A stretch of DNA of 64,000 bases from an uncultured Gemmataceae bacterium (GCA_963750165.1 CAVVPN010000012.1:480001-544000), one strand, 5' to 3'; counted from the first letter of the stretch, positions 20,426 through 31,322 are shown. Translations and numbers: made by a program. Notes: generated by a model from the letters alone, not told the origin.

Positions 20426-21445
20426 TCATGCGCCGTAGGTCGGCTGCGCGTCCAGGTCGGGAGGCGCGAACTGACCGCGGCGCCACTTCTCGACCGCGAT
20501 GGCCGCCATCGCCGCGTTGTCGGTACACAGCGCCAGCGGCGGGATGAACAGTTCCGCGCCCGCGTCGGCACACATCCGCTCCAGGGCGAACCGCAGGGCC
20601 TGGTTGGCCGCCACGCCGCCGCCGACCGCCAGACGCCGATGGCCGGTGTGCCGCAGCGCCTGCCGGCATTTCTCCGCGAGCACCTCGACGACGGCGCGCT
20701 GAAAGCTGGCGGCAACATTGGCGCGGAGCGGGCCGGGCGGCGGCGGCGCGCCGCGAGCGACGCTCTGGCCGTGGACGGTGTACAGCACGGCCGTCTTGAG
20801 GCCGCTGAAGCTGAACTCCAGGCGGTCCTCATGGAAGAAGGAGCGCGGGAAGCGGTACGCGGTCGGGTCGCCGAGGGCCGCCTCGCGCTCGACGGCGGGG
20901 CCGCCGGGAAAGCCCAGGCCGAGGATGGCCGCCACCTTGTCGAACGCCTCGCCGGCGGCGTCGTCGAGGGTGCCGCCCAGCAGCGTCAGGTGCAGCGCGT
21001 CGGCGCAGTCGAACAGGACCGTGTGGCCGCCGCTGACGACCAGGCCGACGCACGGGAAGATGTCGCGGCCGGCGGCGAGGCGGGCGGCGTAGACGTGGGC
21101 CTCAATGTGGTTGGCGCTGATAAGCGGTACTTCCAGGGCCAGCGCGAGCATCTTGGCCGCGCTGACACCGACCAGCAGCGCCCCGACCAGGCCGGGCGTG
21201 TTGAGCACGGCGACGCAGCTGATTTGCGGCAGTGTGACGTTGGCCTGGCGCAGGGCCTGGTCGATCACCGGCAGCAGGCGCTGCAGGTGCGCGCGGGCCG
21301 CGACCTCCGGCACGACGCCGCCGTAGAGCGCGTGCAGGTTGGTCTGCGATGCGACGACGCTGGCGAGCACGGCCGGCGCGTCGGTGAAGACGGCGGCGGC
21401 GGTTTCGTCGCAGGAAGTTTCGATGGCGAGGAAGAGGGTGGCCAT
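20426..21445 (-). CDS. tsaD: tRNA N6-adenosine threonylcarbamoyltransferase
   Basis: IETSCDET, GGVVPE, HIEAH, SGGHT, DDAAGEAFDK and CTDNAAM. Confidence 0.97.
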   Translation of the reverse strand: MATLFLAIETSCDETAAAVFTDAPAVLASVVASQTNLHALYGGVVPEVAARAHLQRLLPVIDQALRQANVTLPQISCVAVLNTPGLVGALLVGVSAAKMLALALEVPLISANHIEAHVYAARLAAGRDIFPCVGLVVSGGHTVLFDCADALHLTLLGGTLDDAAGEAFDKVAAILGLGFPGGPAVEREAALGDPTAYRFPRSFFHEDRLEFSFSGLKTAVLYTVHGQSVARGAPPPPGPLRANVAASFQRAVVEVLAEKCRQALRHTGHRRLAVGGGVAANQALRFALERMCADAGAELFIPPLALCTDNAAMAAIAVEKWRRGQFAPPDLDAQPTYGA

Positions 21446-21609
21446 GACCAGTGCGCGTGAGCATTCCCCTTGTTGAGCGGTCCTGGGATTAGCTTATTCG
21501 TTTTGACACCCCTTTGGACAGCGGCCGGTCGATTCACCGGCACGTAAAACAATCGGCAAGCCCAAAGGAGGGCGGTCGTCAAGCGCTCCGGCAACCGAGG
21601 GCAACGCAG

Positions 21610-22032
21610 ATGAAGTCCTTCACCAGATACCTGACCCTGAACATTCCGTCCAAAATGGCCTTCAAAAACATCACCCCGGAAGTCGCAGCAACGGTCAAGG
21701 ACAGTGGCGTCGCCGAAGGGATTGTCCTCGTCAATTCGATGCACATCACCAGTTCGGTCTTCATCAATGACGACGAGCGCGGCCTGCACCACGACTTCGG
21801 CGTCTGGCTGGAGAAGTTGGCCCCGTTCAACCCCGACCCCAATCACTACCACCACAACCGCACCGGCGAGGACAATGCGGATGCCCACCTCAAGCGCCAG
21901 GTGATGGGCCGAGAAGTCGTGGTCGCCATCACCGGGGGGAAGCTCGATTTCGGTCCGTGGGAGCAAATTTTTTACGGCGAGTTCGACGGCCACCGGGCCA
22001 AGCGTGTGCTGATCAAGATCCTCGGCGAGTAG
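21610..22032 (+). CDS. yjbQ: YjbQ/UPF0047 family protein
   Basis: [14 protein letters not shown] and [13 protein letters not shown]. Confidence 0.9.
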   Translation: MKSFTRYLTLNIPSKMAFKNITPEVAATVKDSGVAEGIVLVNSMHITSSVFINDDERGLHHDFGVWLEKLAPFNPDPNHYHHNRTGEDNADAHLKRQVMGREVVVAITGGKLDFGPWEQIFYGEFDGHRAKRVLIKILGE

Positions 22033-22190
22033 CCCACGACCGCCCCGTCCTTGCCAAATCCCCTATAACACCAGCGGGCGGCGAACGTACTGGACAGCCC
22101 GCGCGGCCCAACGTATAAGGGAAGGACCAGGCGATGCCACCTTCGCCGAACCGTGATAGCTCGCCCTTCCTCCGTACCGGAGAACCGAAC

Positions 22191-23147
22191 ATGGTTCGTG
22201 TCCTGTGCATTTTCGCCGTGCTGTTGGTTGGCTGGGTGTTCCCCATGAGCGACGACCGCCCGCAGTTCGCCCAGGATCGCACCGCCGCCGCCCAGAACAA
22301 GCCCGTCGAGATCGACGGCCCGCGCACCCTGGGCTACCTGAAAAAAATCTGCGACCTCGGCCCGCGCATGACCGGCACCAAGCAGATGGCCCAGCAGCAA
22401 GAGCTGATTATCAAACACTTCGAGGGCCTGGGCGCCACCGTCAAGAAACAGACCTTCAAGGCCAAGCAGCTCAGCCGCAGGAACGCCGTCGAGATGACCA
22501 ACCTCATTGTCTCGTGGAACCCCGAGCGCAAGAAGCGTGTCATCCTGTGCTCGCACTACGACACGCGGCCCATCGCCGATCAGGAGAAGGATCCGCGCGA
22601 CTGGCACAAGCCGTTCGTCAGCGCCAACGACGGCGGCTCCGGCGTCGCCCTGTTGATGGAACTTGGCAACCATATGAAGGCTCTGAAAACCACTGTTGGT
22701 GTCGATTTCGTCTTCTTCGATGGCGAGGAGTTTGTCTGGAACAAGAACGACGAGTATTTCTTCGGCTCCAAGCACTTCGCGCAGCAGTGGGTGAAGAACA
22801 AGCGACAGCCGGAATACCTGGCGGCGGTGTTGCTGGACATGGTCGGCGGCAAGGACGCCGAGTTCCCACCGGAGGGCAACTCGCTGCGGCGAGCCCGGCC
22901 GCTGGTCGAGCACATCTGGCGGATCGCCGCCGAGTTGAAATGCACCGCGTTCAAGTACGAACTCCCCCGGCACGAAGTGCTCGACGACCACATCGCGCTG
23001 CTGAACGTCGGCATCCCGGCCATCGACATCATCGACTTCGACTATACACACTGGCACAAGCTCTCGGACACGCCCGCGAACTGCTCCGCCGACAGCCTGG
23101 CGCAGGTGGGGCGGGTGCTGACGACCTGGGTGCAGCGCGTCAAGTGA
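22191..23147 (+). CDS. Exported M28-fold Zn protein, glutaminyl-peptide cyclotransferase-like
   Basis: HYDTR, ANDGGSG, FDGEE, LLDM, DDH and WH motifs; N-terminal signal. Confidence 0.85.
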   Translation: MVRVLCIFAVLLVGWVFPMSDDRPQFAQDRTAAAQNKPVEIDGPRTLGYLKKICDLGPRMTGTKQMAQQQELIIKHFEGLGATVKKQTFKAKQLSRRNAVEMTNLIVSWNPERKKRVILCSHYDTRPIADQEKDPRDWHKPFVSANDGGSGVALLMELGNHMKALKTTVGVDFVFFDGEEFVWNKNDEYFFGSKHFAQQWVKNKRQPEYLAAVLLDMVGGKDAEFPPEGNSLRRARPLVEHIWRIAAELKCTAFKYELPRHEVLDDHIALLNVGIPAIDIIDFDYTHWHKLSDTPANCSADSLAQVGRVLTTWVQRVK

Positions 23148-23174
23148 GGGCGGTCCCCGGAAACGAGATGCAGC

Positions 23175-23660
23175 GTGGACCCCGCCGAACTGGCCTTCAT
23201 GATGGTCTTGATCGTGCTGCTGCTGGCCGTGGCCGGTTACTTCGGCTGGCGGCAGGTGCAGACGCTGCGAGGAGGCGGCGGCGCGCCCGGCGACGAACGC
23301 CGCTACGCGGTGCGGCAGGCGTGGCGGCGGCTGTTCTGCTGCGGACTGATGGTGCTGGTCGCCGTCATGCTGGGGGGCTGGTTCTTCCTGGACCCAGACT
23401 TCCGCGCGCTGCACGCCCGCGCCCAGGCCGACCCGCTGACCGCGGCCGACAAGGACTTCACGCGCTTCATGGCGGTCTACTGGGGCGTGGTGCTGCTGGC
23501 CGTGTTCGCGCTGCTGGCGCTGGCGGCGGCGGACTCGTTGGCCATCGCCCGCTTCGGCATGCGCCAGCGCCGCCAGTTGCAGGCGGACCACCGCGCCCAA
23601 CTGGAGGAGCAGCTCGCCCGACTGCGGCAGCAACGCAACGGCCACGATGGTTCATTCTGA
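23175..23660 (+). CDS. Hypothetical membrane protein (3 TM)
   Basis: Three hydrophobic helices; co-oriented with the M28 gene. Confidence 0.7.
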   Translation: MDPAELAFMMVLIVLLLAVAGYFGWRQVQTLRGGGGAPGDERRYAVRQAWRRLFCCGLMVLVAVMLGGWFFLDPDFRALHARAQADPLTAADKDFTRFMAVYWGVVLLAVFALLALAAADSLAIARFGMRQRRQLQADHRAQLEEQLARLRQQRNGHDGSF

Positions 23661-23714
23661 GCCCGAAGCGCAAGCGCGTGAAGCAATTGCATCCCGCGCT
23701 TGCGCTTCGGGCTC
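23659..23714. repeat. Palindromic repeat GAGCCCGAAGCGCAAGCGCG...CGCGCTTGCGCTTCGGGCTC
   Basis: 20-nt inverted repeat. Confidence 0.7.
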
Positions 23715-23808
23715 AGCGTGTTGTCCGCCACCCCTTGCCAAAACGTCGGCCACACGCGAAGAAAGACAGCAGCTTCGACCCCAAGGCACCAGTAACATGG
23801 GGCGGCCC

Positions 23809-24828
23809 ATGTCCTCGCGTTTCCTGATCACCGGCGCCACCGGCTTCGTCGGCGGCCACATCGCCGAAGCCTTCGTCGAGCGCGGCTGGGAGGTCAGCGC
23901 CATCGTTCGGCCGCACAGCGACACCGCCCTGCTCGAACAGCTCGGCGTCACGCTGATCCACGGCGATCTGACCGAGCCGGCGACCGTTCACAAGGCGGTG
24001 GCGGAGGTCGAGGCCGTCGTCCACTGCGCCGCCAAGGTCGGCGACTGGGGCCCGGTCGCGGAGTACCGCAAGGTTAACGTCGAGGGATTGCGCGGGCTGC
24101 TGGACGCCTGCAAGGGCCAGGCACTGGAGCGGTTCATTCACCTGAGTTCGCTGGGCGTCTACGCCAATCGGCACCATCACGGCACCACCGAGGCGGAACC
24201 GCTGCCGCGCCGGCAGATCGATGGCTACTCGCAGAGCAAGGTCGAGGCGGAGCAGCTGGCGCTGCGGTATTATCGCGACTTCGGCGTGCCGGTGGTGGTG
24301 CTGCGGCCGGGTTTTGTCTATGGGCCGCGCGACCGGGCGGTCCTGCCGCGCATCATTGAGAACCTGCGCAAGGGCCTGGTCCGCTACCCCGGGGCCAAGG
24401 GGACGCGGGCGCTGAACACCATTTACGTCAAGAACCTGGTGGATGCGGTGTTCCTGGCACTGGAGGCGCCACGGGCGGTCGGCCAGGTCTACAACCTGAC
24501 GGATGGTGAGTTCATCTCCAAGCGCAAATTCATTGAGGCGGTGGCCGACCCGCTCGGCCTGCCACACCCGACGCGCATGCCGCCCTTGTGGCTGGCGCGC
24601 GTCCTGACCTGGGGCGCCGAGACGTGGGCGAAGTTGCGCGGCGCCAAACAGGCGCCGCTGTTCACCAGGGCGCGGCTGAAGTTTTTGGGGCTCAACCTGG
24701 ACTTCAGCATCGAAAAGGCACGCGAGGAACTGGGCTACAAGCCGCGGGTGGCGTTCGACGACGCCATGTACACGACCATGCAGTGGTACAAGCAACACTA
24801 TGGTCAGCCGCAGGCCGCGCAGGTGTGA
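23809..24828 (+). CDS. NAD-dependent epimerase/dehydratase (extended SDR, 3-beta-HSD-like)
   Basis: TGATGFVG, YSQSK and LRPGFVYGP. Confidence 0.9.
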   Translation: MSSRFLITGATGFVGGHIAEAFVERGWEVSAIVRPHSDTALLEQLGVTLIHGDLTEPATVHKAVAEVEAVVHCAAKVGDWGPVAEYRKVNVEGLRGLLDACKGQALERFIHLSSLGVYANRHHHGTTEAEPLPRRQIDGYSQSKVEAEQLALRYYRDFGVPVVVLRPGFVYGPRDRAVLPRIIENLRKGLVRYPGAKGTRALNTIYVKNLVDAVFLALEAPRAVGQVYNLTDGEFISKRKFIEAVADPLGLPHPTRMPPLWLARVLTWGAETWAKLRGAKQAPLFTRARLKFLGLNLDFSIEKAREELGYKPRVAFDDAMYTTMQWYKQHYGQPQAAQV

Positions 24829-24997
24829 CGACGGCACGGCGAGGCGCCCGGTGGCGCCGGCTGACCAATCAAGGACGCCAAGAACGCCAAGAACGCCAAC
24901 TTTTTCATACGTCGAGAAGCGGCGTCCTTGCCAGCACGGCGGAGCACAGGTTGGCAATAACGGAGACGATCCTTTTCCCATTCTCACGGAGGTTCCC

Positions 24998-25546
24998 ATG
25001 GAACTGCAAGGCAAACGAGTGGCGGTGCTGGTCGAACAGCAGTATCAGGAGATGGAAGTCTGGTATCCGGTGTACCGGCTGCGCGAGGCGGGCTGTCAGG
25101 TGACGCTGGTCGGGCCAGAGGCGGGCCAGAGCTATCCGAGCAAGCTCGGCTATCCTGCCAAGAGCGACAAGGCGGCCAAGGATGTCAGCGCCAACGACTT
25201 CGACGCCCTGGTGATTCCCGGCGGCTTCGCGCCGGACTTCATCCGCCGTCACGAGTCCATGATCCGGCTGACGAACACGATGGCAGAGCAGGGCAAAATC
25301 GTCGCGGCCATTTGCCACGGGCCGTGGGTGCTGTGCTCGACGCAGGCGCTCAAGGGTCGCAAGGCCACCTGCTTCTTCGCCATCAAGGATGATGTGGTGA
25401 ACGCTGGCGCCCGCTATGTCGATGAGGAAGTGGTGCGCGACGGCAACATCATCACCAGCCGTAAACCTGACGACCTGCCTGCGTTCCTGCGGACGCTCAT
25501 GCAGGCCGTGCGCGAGGCCAAGCCGGCGCTGGCGGGGGCGCGGTAA
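24998..25546 (+). CDS. pfpI: PfpI/DJ-1 family protein
   Basis: YQEME, IPGG, AICHGP and TSRKPDD. Confidence 0.9.
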   Translation: MELQGKRVAVLVEQQYQEMEVWYPVYRLREAGCQVTLVGPEAGQSYPSKLGYPAKSDKAAKDVSANDFDALVIPGGFAPDFIRRHESMIRLTNTMAEQGKIVAAICHGPWVLCSTQALKGRKATCFFAIKDDVVNAGARYVDEEVVRDGNIITSRKPDDLPAFLRTLMQAVREAKPALAGAR

Positions 25547-25624
25547 TTCTCGTGGGGCAGACCTTCCTGTCTGCCGGTGTTCTGGCAGACAGGAAGGTCT
25601 GCCCCACGACAGCGGAGCTCATTC

Positions 25625-26407
25625 ATGTCCTCTCCCGCGGCCCCTTCCGCCGTGCTGATTACCGGCGCCGGCAGCGGCATCGGCCGGCAACTGGCCCTGA
25701 TGCTGGCCGCTCAGGGCCGTCCGGTCGCCGCGGTCGATCTGCAGACCGAGCCGCTCAAGGCTCTTGAAGCCGAACTGCAAGCCAGGGGGCAGCGCTGCGC
25801 CGCGGTCGCCGCCGATGTCACCGACCGAGCCGCCCTGTTCGCCGCCGTCCGCGCTCTGGAAGAACACCTCGGCCCCACCGACCTGCTCATCGCCAGCGCT
25901 GGCATCGGCGTCGAAACCTCCGCCCTGGACTTCGACCCGGCCGTCTTCGAGAAAGTGGTCGCCGTCAACCTCGTCGGCGTGGCCAACAGCGTCGCCGCAG
26001 TGCTGCCGGGCATGCTCCAGCGCCGCCGCGGTCATCTGGTGGCAATGTCCAGCCTGGCGTCGTATCGCGGCGTCCCGCACATGGCCGGTTACTGCGCCAG
26101 CAAGGCCGGCGTCAACGCCCTCTTCGACGCCCTGCGCGTCGAGCTGAAACCGCACGGCATCGCCACCACCACCGTCTGCCCTGGCTGGATCCGCACGCCG
26201 ATGACCGCCAACGTCCGCTTCCCCATCCCGCGCATGCTCGACGTGGCCGACGCGGCCGGGCGCATCCTGCGCGCCATCGAACGACGGCGGCCCTTCGTCG
26301 CCTTCCCCGCCAACATGCGCCGCAGGCTCGGCCTGCTGCGCTGGCTGCCGCTGGGCCTCAGCGACTGGCTGATGGACCGGGAAATGCGCCGCCTGCGGCC
26401 CCGGTAA
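25625..26407 (+). CDS. SDR oxidoreductase
   Basis: TGAGSGIG, YCASK and PGWIRT. Confidence 0.9.
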   Translation: MSSPAAPSAVLITGAGSGIGRQLALMLAAQGRPVAAVDLQTEPLKALEAELQARGQRCAAVAADVTDRAALFAAVRALEEHLGPTDLLIASAGIGVETSALDFDPAVFEKVVAVNLVGVANSVAAVLPGMLQRRRGHLVAMSSLASYRGVPHMAGYCASKAGVNALFDALRVELKPHGIATTTVCPGWIRTPMTANVRFPIPRMLDVADAAGRILRAIERRRPFVAFPANMRRRLGLLRWLPLGLSDWLMDREMRRLRPR

Positions 26408-26428
26408 CGGCCCGCGAACTGCCGGACC

Positions 26429-27658
26429 TCACGAGCCCGTCTGGATCAACTTCATCCGCTCCTCCGCCCGCCGCACGATCTCCTCCGGCAGCGGCGCGTA
26501 CGACGTGACCGCGGCAAACTTCTGGCCGTCGTGCAAAACCCAGTTCAGGAACTCCGACACCTGTTGTTGCCGGTCCCCGGGCTGCTTCTGATAGCACACC
26601 GCCCAGATGGCACTGCAAATCGGGTACGAGTCCTTGCCGGGCATGTTGGTCAGGGTGAACGTCAGGTCCTCGGAGATGTCGGTGTTGCCCAGCGCCTTGG
26701 CGGCGGCGGTTATGTTCAACGCCTCGGTGTAGTTGAGTTTGCCTTCCGGGTTCTTGGCCGCCTTGCTGCGCTCGAGCCAGGGCCGCAACTCACCACTGGC
26801 GCTGATGAATTTGCCTTCCGAGTTCTTGACCGCCCCGAACGGCAGATACGAGTCGATGGCGTGCAGCATATCCACGTAGCCGATTGCCCCCTCGGTCTCC
26901 TTCACATACTGCGTCACGCCGGTGTTGCGCTCCTTGCCGACGCCGACCGGCGGCCACTGGACCACGCTCTGCGGCCCTTTGAACTGCTCCTTCCACGCCG
27001 GGCTCGCCGGGCGTTTGCCCGCCAGGTAGTCGGTGAAGATGAACGTCGTGCCGCTGGAGTCGGAGCGATGCACCGCGACGATCTTGGTGTCGATCTTTTC
27101 CAGGACGTCCTTCAATTCCGGGTTCAGGGCCTTGATGGCGGGGTCGTTCCATTTGGTGATCTTGCCCAGGTAGATGTCGCCGAGCACCTCGCCGCTGAAC
27201 TTCAGCGGCGGCTTGTCGTTCAACTCCTTGACGTTGTACAGCGGCACCACCGCGCACAGCACCACGGGGATATGCAGCACGTCGCCGCCGTGCGCGCGGG
27301 CCTGCTTGCGCAGCTCTGACGGCATCGGGGCGTGCGTGAACGCGATGATGTACTTGCCGTCGATCATCTCCTGAAGGCCCTTGGTGGACCCCGTGGACTC
27401 GTACACCAAATCGATCGGCTTTTGCTTGCGGTATTCGGTGCGCCAGCGGTTCTCCATGATGATGTCCACGTTGGAGGTGCCGCCCGTTTTCAGGATGGTG
27501 TAGGTGGGCTTCTCCTCCTCCTTGACAAACCACTTGATCCACAAGTCCGGCAGCCAGAAAAAGATGAACGCGGCCAGGGCGGCTCCAACGGCCAGAAAGA
27601 GGACGATTCGCAGCACGGAAGTTCGGCTCGGTCCTTGGTCCACAGTACGGCTCCACAT
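26429..27658 (-). CDS. pstS: PstS-family substrate-binding protein, membrane anchored, divergent binding site
   Basis: IYLGKITKWNDP, HRSDSSGTTFIFTDYL, GAIGYV and YAPLP. Confidence 0.82.
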   Translation of the reverse strand: MWSRTVDQGPSRTSVLRIVLFLAVGAALAAFIFFWLPDLWIKWFVKEEEKPTYTILKTGGTSNVDIIMENRWRTEYRKQKPIDLVYESTGSTKGLQEMIDGKYIIAFTHAPMPSELRKQARAHGGDVLHIPVVLCAVVPLYNVKELNDKPPLKFSGEVLGDIYLGKITKWNDPAIKALNPELKDVLEKIDTKIVAVHRSDSSGTTFIFTDYLAGKRPASPAWKEQFKGPQSVVQWPPVGVGKERNTGVTQYVKETEGAIGYVDMLHAIDSYLPFGAVKNSEGKFISASGELRPWLERSKAAKNPEGKLNYTEALNITAAAKALGNTDISEDLTFTLTNMPGKDSYPICSAIWAVCYQKQPGDRQQQVSEFLNWVLHDGQKFAAVTSYAPLPEEIVRRAEERMKLIQTGS

Positions 27659-27891
27659 CAGGGGTGTTCGGCGAGTCAGCCAGCGCCGGTCGCAGTCGTC
27701 CACGGCGAACAAACTCTAACAAGGCGGAGTATAGCGAGGTTCGAGCGCGGCGGGTCGTGGCGAATTGCGGTGGAAAAGATGAATTATTGGAGAAGACGAC
27801 AGCGCTGCGCTTCGTGGGGCAGACATTCCTGTCTGCCAATCTCCACGGCAGACAGGAATGTCTGCCCCACGAAACGCAGTCGGTTCGCTCC

Positions 27892-30434
27892 TTACTTCGC
27901 CGCCGGGGCGGGCTCAGCGGCGAACAGGCGTAGCATCTCCTGCGCCCGCTGCCATAGCCGGTCCACGTCCGCGGCGACGGGTTGCTTCTGCTGCACCAGC
28001 GCCGTCAGTTCCGCGCGCAGTTTGCGCAGCGGCTCCAGCACCGCGGCGCCGGCGCCGACCGATTCCAGGTCTTCCACCAGCGCCGCCAGCTGGACGGACA
28101 GCACGCCCAGCGCGTGCAGGTGATCGCCGCCGCGGTTCAGCGCATCGATCAATTCCGTGGCCCGGCGGCGGTAGGCGCTCAGGTCCACGGACTCCGCGGC
28201 AGAATCGGATTTGCTCTCGCCTTTTTCACCGCCGCGGAAGAGGTTCGCCACCTTGCCGAGCAGGCCGCCCGATGGTCTGGCCGATTTCTTCGCTTTGGGT
28301 GGTGGCGGCGCTCCTGCGCTTCCTGGCCGCACCACCTCCAGGCGCCGGAGCGGACTGAGCCGGCGGCGGCAGCAATTCGCCGGTGACAGGGCCGCGATTC
28401 GCCTCTTCGGGACTGAAGTCCATCAAGTAGGAATCCACCGACTCCGTTTCCTCGTCGTAATCCGCCGGTGGCGCGGCACAGGCCACCGGCGCCGCCATGC
28501 AGAACTGCACCCCCCGCATCATCATCCCCGGTGGCTCCCACCCCGCCGGCAGGTCCACCGGCTGCACGATCTTGTGCTGCTTGCCGCCCTCGTTGACCGA
28601 CTCCGACCTGTCCACCGCCACGAACGCCGTGAAGCGGCACAGCACCCCATATTGCAATGAGGTCTGCACGATCCGCTTCTCCAGCTCCGCCGGCTCGTCG
28701 GCGCCGATGACGAATCGGTCCTCCAGCTCGCGCAGGTACGCCCGCGCCCACGCCCAGGTCAGACCACGGTTGCCGCTCACCCGGCTCGCCACCGTCTCCG
28801 ACCACGGCCGGCCCGCGTTGTCGCGCCCCGTCAGCGTCACCGCCCCCTCGCTCACGCCCTGGTAGCGGCCCAGCACCACCACCGGCGCCGCCGCGCTCAG
28901 GTCCGGCAGCCGCGCCGGCACCACCGTCCCCGGTTCCAGCCGGAAGCCGACCGCCTCCAGGTGCAGGCCGCTCAGCAACGGCTGCTCGATGCGCTGCTGC
29001 AACTTGTGCATCACCTCGTCCAGCCGATCCTCCGACTCGACCACCTCGCAGAAGCCGCCGCCCAGCGTCGCCAGTCGCTTCAAAAAGCCCTCGTTGACGG
29101 CCTGGTCAATGCCCAGCGTGAAGACGCGCAGTCCCGCCACGCGCTTGCCGAGGTGCCGCAAAATCTGGTCCTCGTTGCCGACCTGGCCGTCCGTCAGCAG
29201 CACCAGCACGCGGTCGCGGCCGGCGTCCGCCGATGACAGCTGCCGCACCGCCCGGTCCAGCGGCTGGGCCAGCTCCGTGCCACCGCGGGCATCGACCTTC
29301 GCCAAAAACTCAATCGCCCGGAAGCGCTGCCGATCCGTCGCGGCGATCAACCCACCTCTGGCCTCCGCCGGCTCCTCCACGCTGTCATCGAAGGCGTAAA
29401 TGGTGAAGCGGTCCTGTTCGGAAAGCGTGTCGATGAGGCGGCCGAGGGCGCGACGAGCGGTGACCATTTTCCAGCCGGCCATGCTGCCGCTGCGGTCCAG
29501 CACGAAGACCACGTCCCGCGGCTTCTGGCTCTCCGGGGCGTGGCGCGGCGGCACCAGCGTTAGCGCGAACGTGCCGCTTCTGGCGTTGCCGTTCTGGTCC
29601 GGCGTCAGCAGCAGTGTGCTGCGGACCTGCTCGTCAGCGATCCGGAAACGCAGGATGAAATCGCGGTTGAGCCGTTCGTTGGGCTGCAGCGCGAACTGAT
29701 AAATCCCCTGCTCGTCGCGTTCGCTCATGACCGTGTGCAGACTGCTGCGGAAGTCGCTCAGGTTCAGGCCGCCGGGCCGCACCTCAACGTTCAGCCCCAG
29801 GCGCACCGGATTCGGATAGCCTGGCAGCAGCACCGGCGGCGTGATGCGCGAGGCGTCCGGCACGGCGTCGGTGTCCTCCGCGGTGCCGCCGCCGACACTC
29901 GGGCCGGGCAGCGGCGTCCCCGGGATATACGCGCGGTGCCACCACCAGCGGAAAGCGGAACGTGGCCTCACCGGCGTCCAGCGCCAGCGGCCCCGTCAGC
30001 GTCAGCCGCACCGTCGCCACCTCGCCGGGCATCAGGTTGCCGACGCGCATTGTGAAAACGCCCGGCCGCTCCTCCTCCGCGATGGCGGCACGCTGGCCCT
30101 GCTGCACGGCCTGGTCGTAGTCGCGCCGCGCCTCGGCGCGCTCCTCCAGCACCGCCTCGATGACGCGGCCGTTGACCTTCATCTGGAACTGCGTCACCGC
30201 GGCGCGGTCCGGCAGCGGAAAAATGTAGGTCGCCTCCAGCGCCTCGTCGAGCACGTTGACGAACGTCTGCGTCACCGTGACCTGGGCGAGCAGGGCGTCA
30301 ATCTGGGCATGGACGGCGAGGTTGCGCAGCGGCAGTGAGCCGCGCGGCGTCCGGAGGGCCCCGAAGCCGGCCTCCTCGTCTTGCAGGCCGCGTTGCACGT
30401 CCACGTCACTCAGGATCGGAATCGGCTTCATCAT
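27892..30434 (-). CDS. VIT + vWA domain protein; two apparent frameshifts (about 29935 and 28320)
   Basis: EATYIFPLP VIT motif, LDRSGSM MIDAS, LLTDGQ; three consecutive ORF pieces. Confidence 0.85.
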
Positions 30435-30450
30435 GCGGGGCTCTCCTTTC

Positions 30451-30560
30451 AGGGGTCAGGGGCCAGGGGCCAGGGGTCAGGGAAGACAGAGAGGGTTGCC
30501 CTGTCCTTCGCACGTCACGTTCCAACCGTTCTGCCGTTCCCTGACCCGCGCCCCCTGGTC
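30451..30560. repeat. 7-mer tandem/inverted element (AGGGGTC/AGGGGCC)
   Basis: Tandem heptamers with a degenerate inverted counterpart. Confidence 0.55.
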
Positions 30561-31170
30561 ACATCAGCCGGCGTTTCTCCAGTAACTTCAGCAGCGGCGC
30601 CGCCGCCGCCTGGATCGCTTCCAAATCATCAGGACCGAGTTCACGCAGCGAAGTCAGCAATAACGTCACATCCTCCCTGAGAGGAATGCCGCGCAGAACC
30701 GGGGGCGCGGAAGGCGGCTGGCCCTCCGGCGCCTCCGCCGGGGCCTCACTCCAGAACGCACCCCGTCGCTGCTCCTGTTCAGCCCTCACTTCCTGTTTCG
30801 ACAACCGTTTCACCATCGGCGACGGACTGTCACCGATGTCGGCTGGAAGCTGGGCGAAGCGTTCCAGGACAGAATTGGGCTTGCCCACCAATTCTTGCTG
30901 GATTTCTTCGAGGGTGAGCCCCTGGACTTGCAGCCGCTTGATCGCGACCAGTTGCAGCAAATGCCGTCGGCAGTAGAGCGCGTTCTTCCAAAACCGGCCT
31001 TCCGGTTTGTCGATCAACCCCAACGTCGTGTAGTAACGAACAGTGCGGATGTCTGGAAGTTCCCGCACTCGGCCGCTGACCGACCCCCGTTTGTCCAGGG
31101 CCAACACCCGGGCAGCCTCTTCGATGAGTTGGTTGAGCAGCCAGTACTGGTCGGCATGATTGCGTGGCAT
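30559..31170 (-). CDS. MerR-family HTH transcriptional regulator
   Basis: RTVRYYTTLGLID and HLLQLVAIKRLQ..GLTLEEI. Confidence 0.88.
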   Translation of the reverse strand: MPRNHADQYWLLNQLIEEAARVLALDKRGSVSGRVRELPDIRTVRYYTTLGLIDKPEGRFWKNALYCRRHLLQLVAIKRLQVQGLTLEEIQQELVGKPNSVLERFAQLPADIGDSPSPMVKRLSKQEVRAEQEQRRGAFWSEAPAEAPEGQPPSAPPVLRGIPLREDVTLLLTSLRELGPDDLEAIQAAAAPLLKLLEKRRLM

Positions 31171-31176
31171 ATCCAC

Positions 31177-31210
31177 ATTGTATTACTGTCAATGACAGTG
31201 TCAATGACAG
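31177..31210 (-). promoter_or_regulatory. sigma70 promoter with overlapping dyad operators
   Basis: TTGACA-N16-TACAAT; perfect ACTGTCA-A-TGACAGT at 31185-31199 and a second TGTCA-A-TGACA at 31199-31209. Confidence 0.7.
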
Positions 31211-31322
31211 TTTTCCGATTTTTCCGACTTTGAGCGAAGTGCTGGCTGGGCTGGCGTCGATGGAAGGAAAGTTGAAGAGCGCCGTTGGCGGTTGGCGCTT
31301 CGCTTCGGGCGAGGAGGTGGCC

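Noticed and set aside
24870..24899. Tandem CAAGAACGC units as a contingency locus
   Set aside because: Only about three units, intergenic; more likely a half copy of the 9-mer-periodic repeat class
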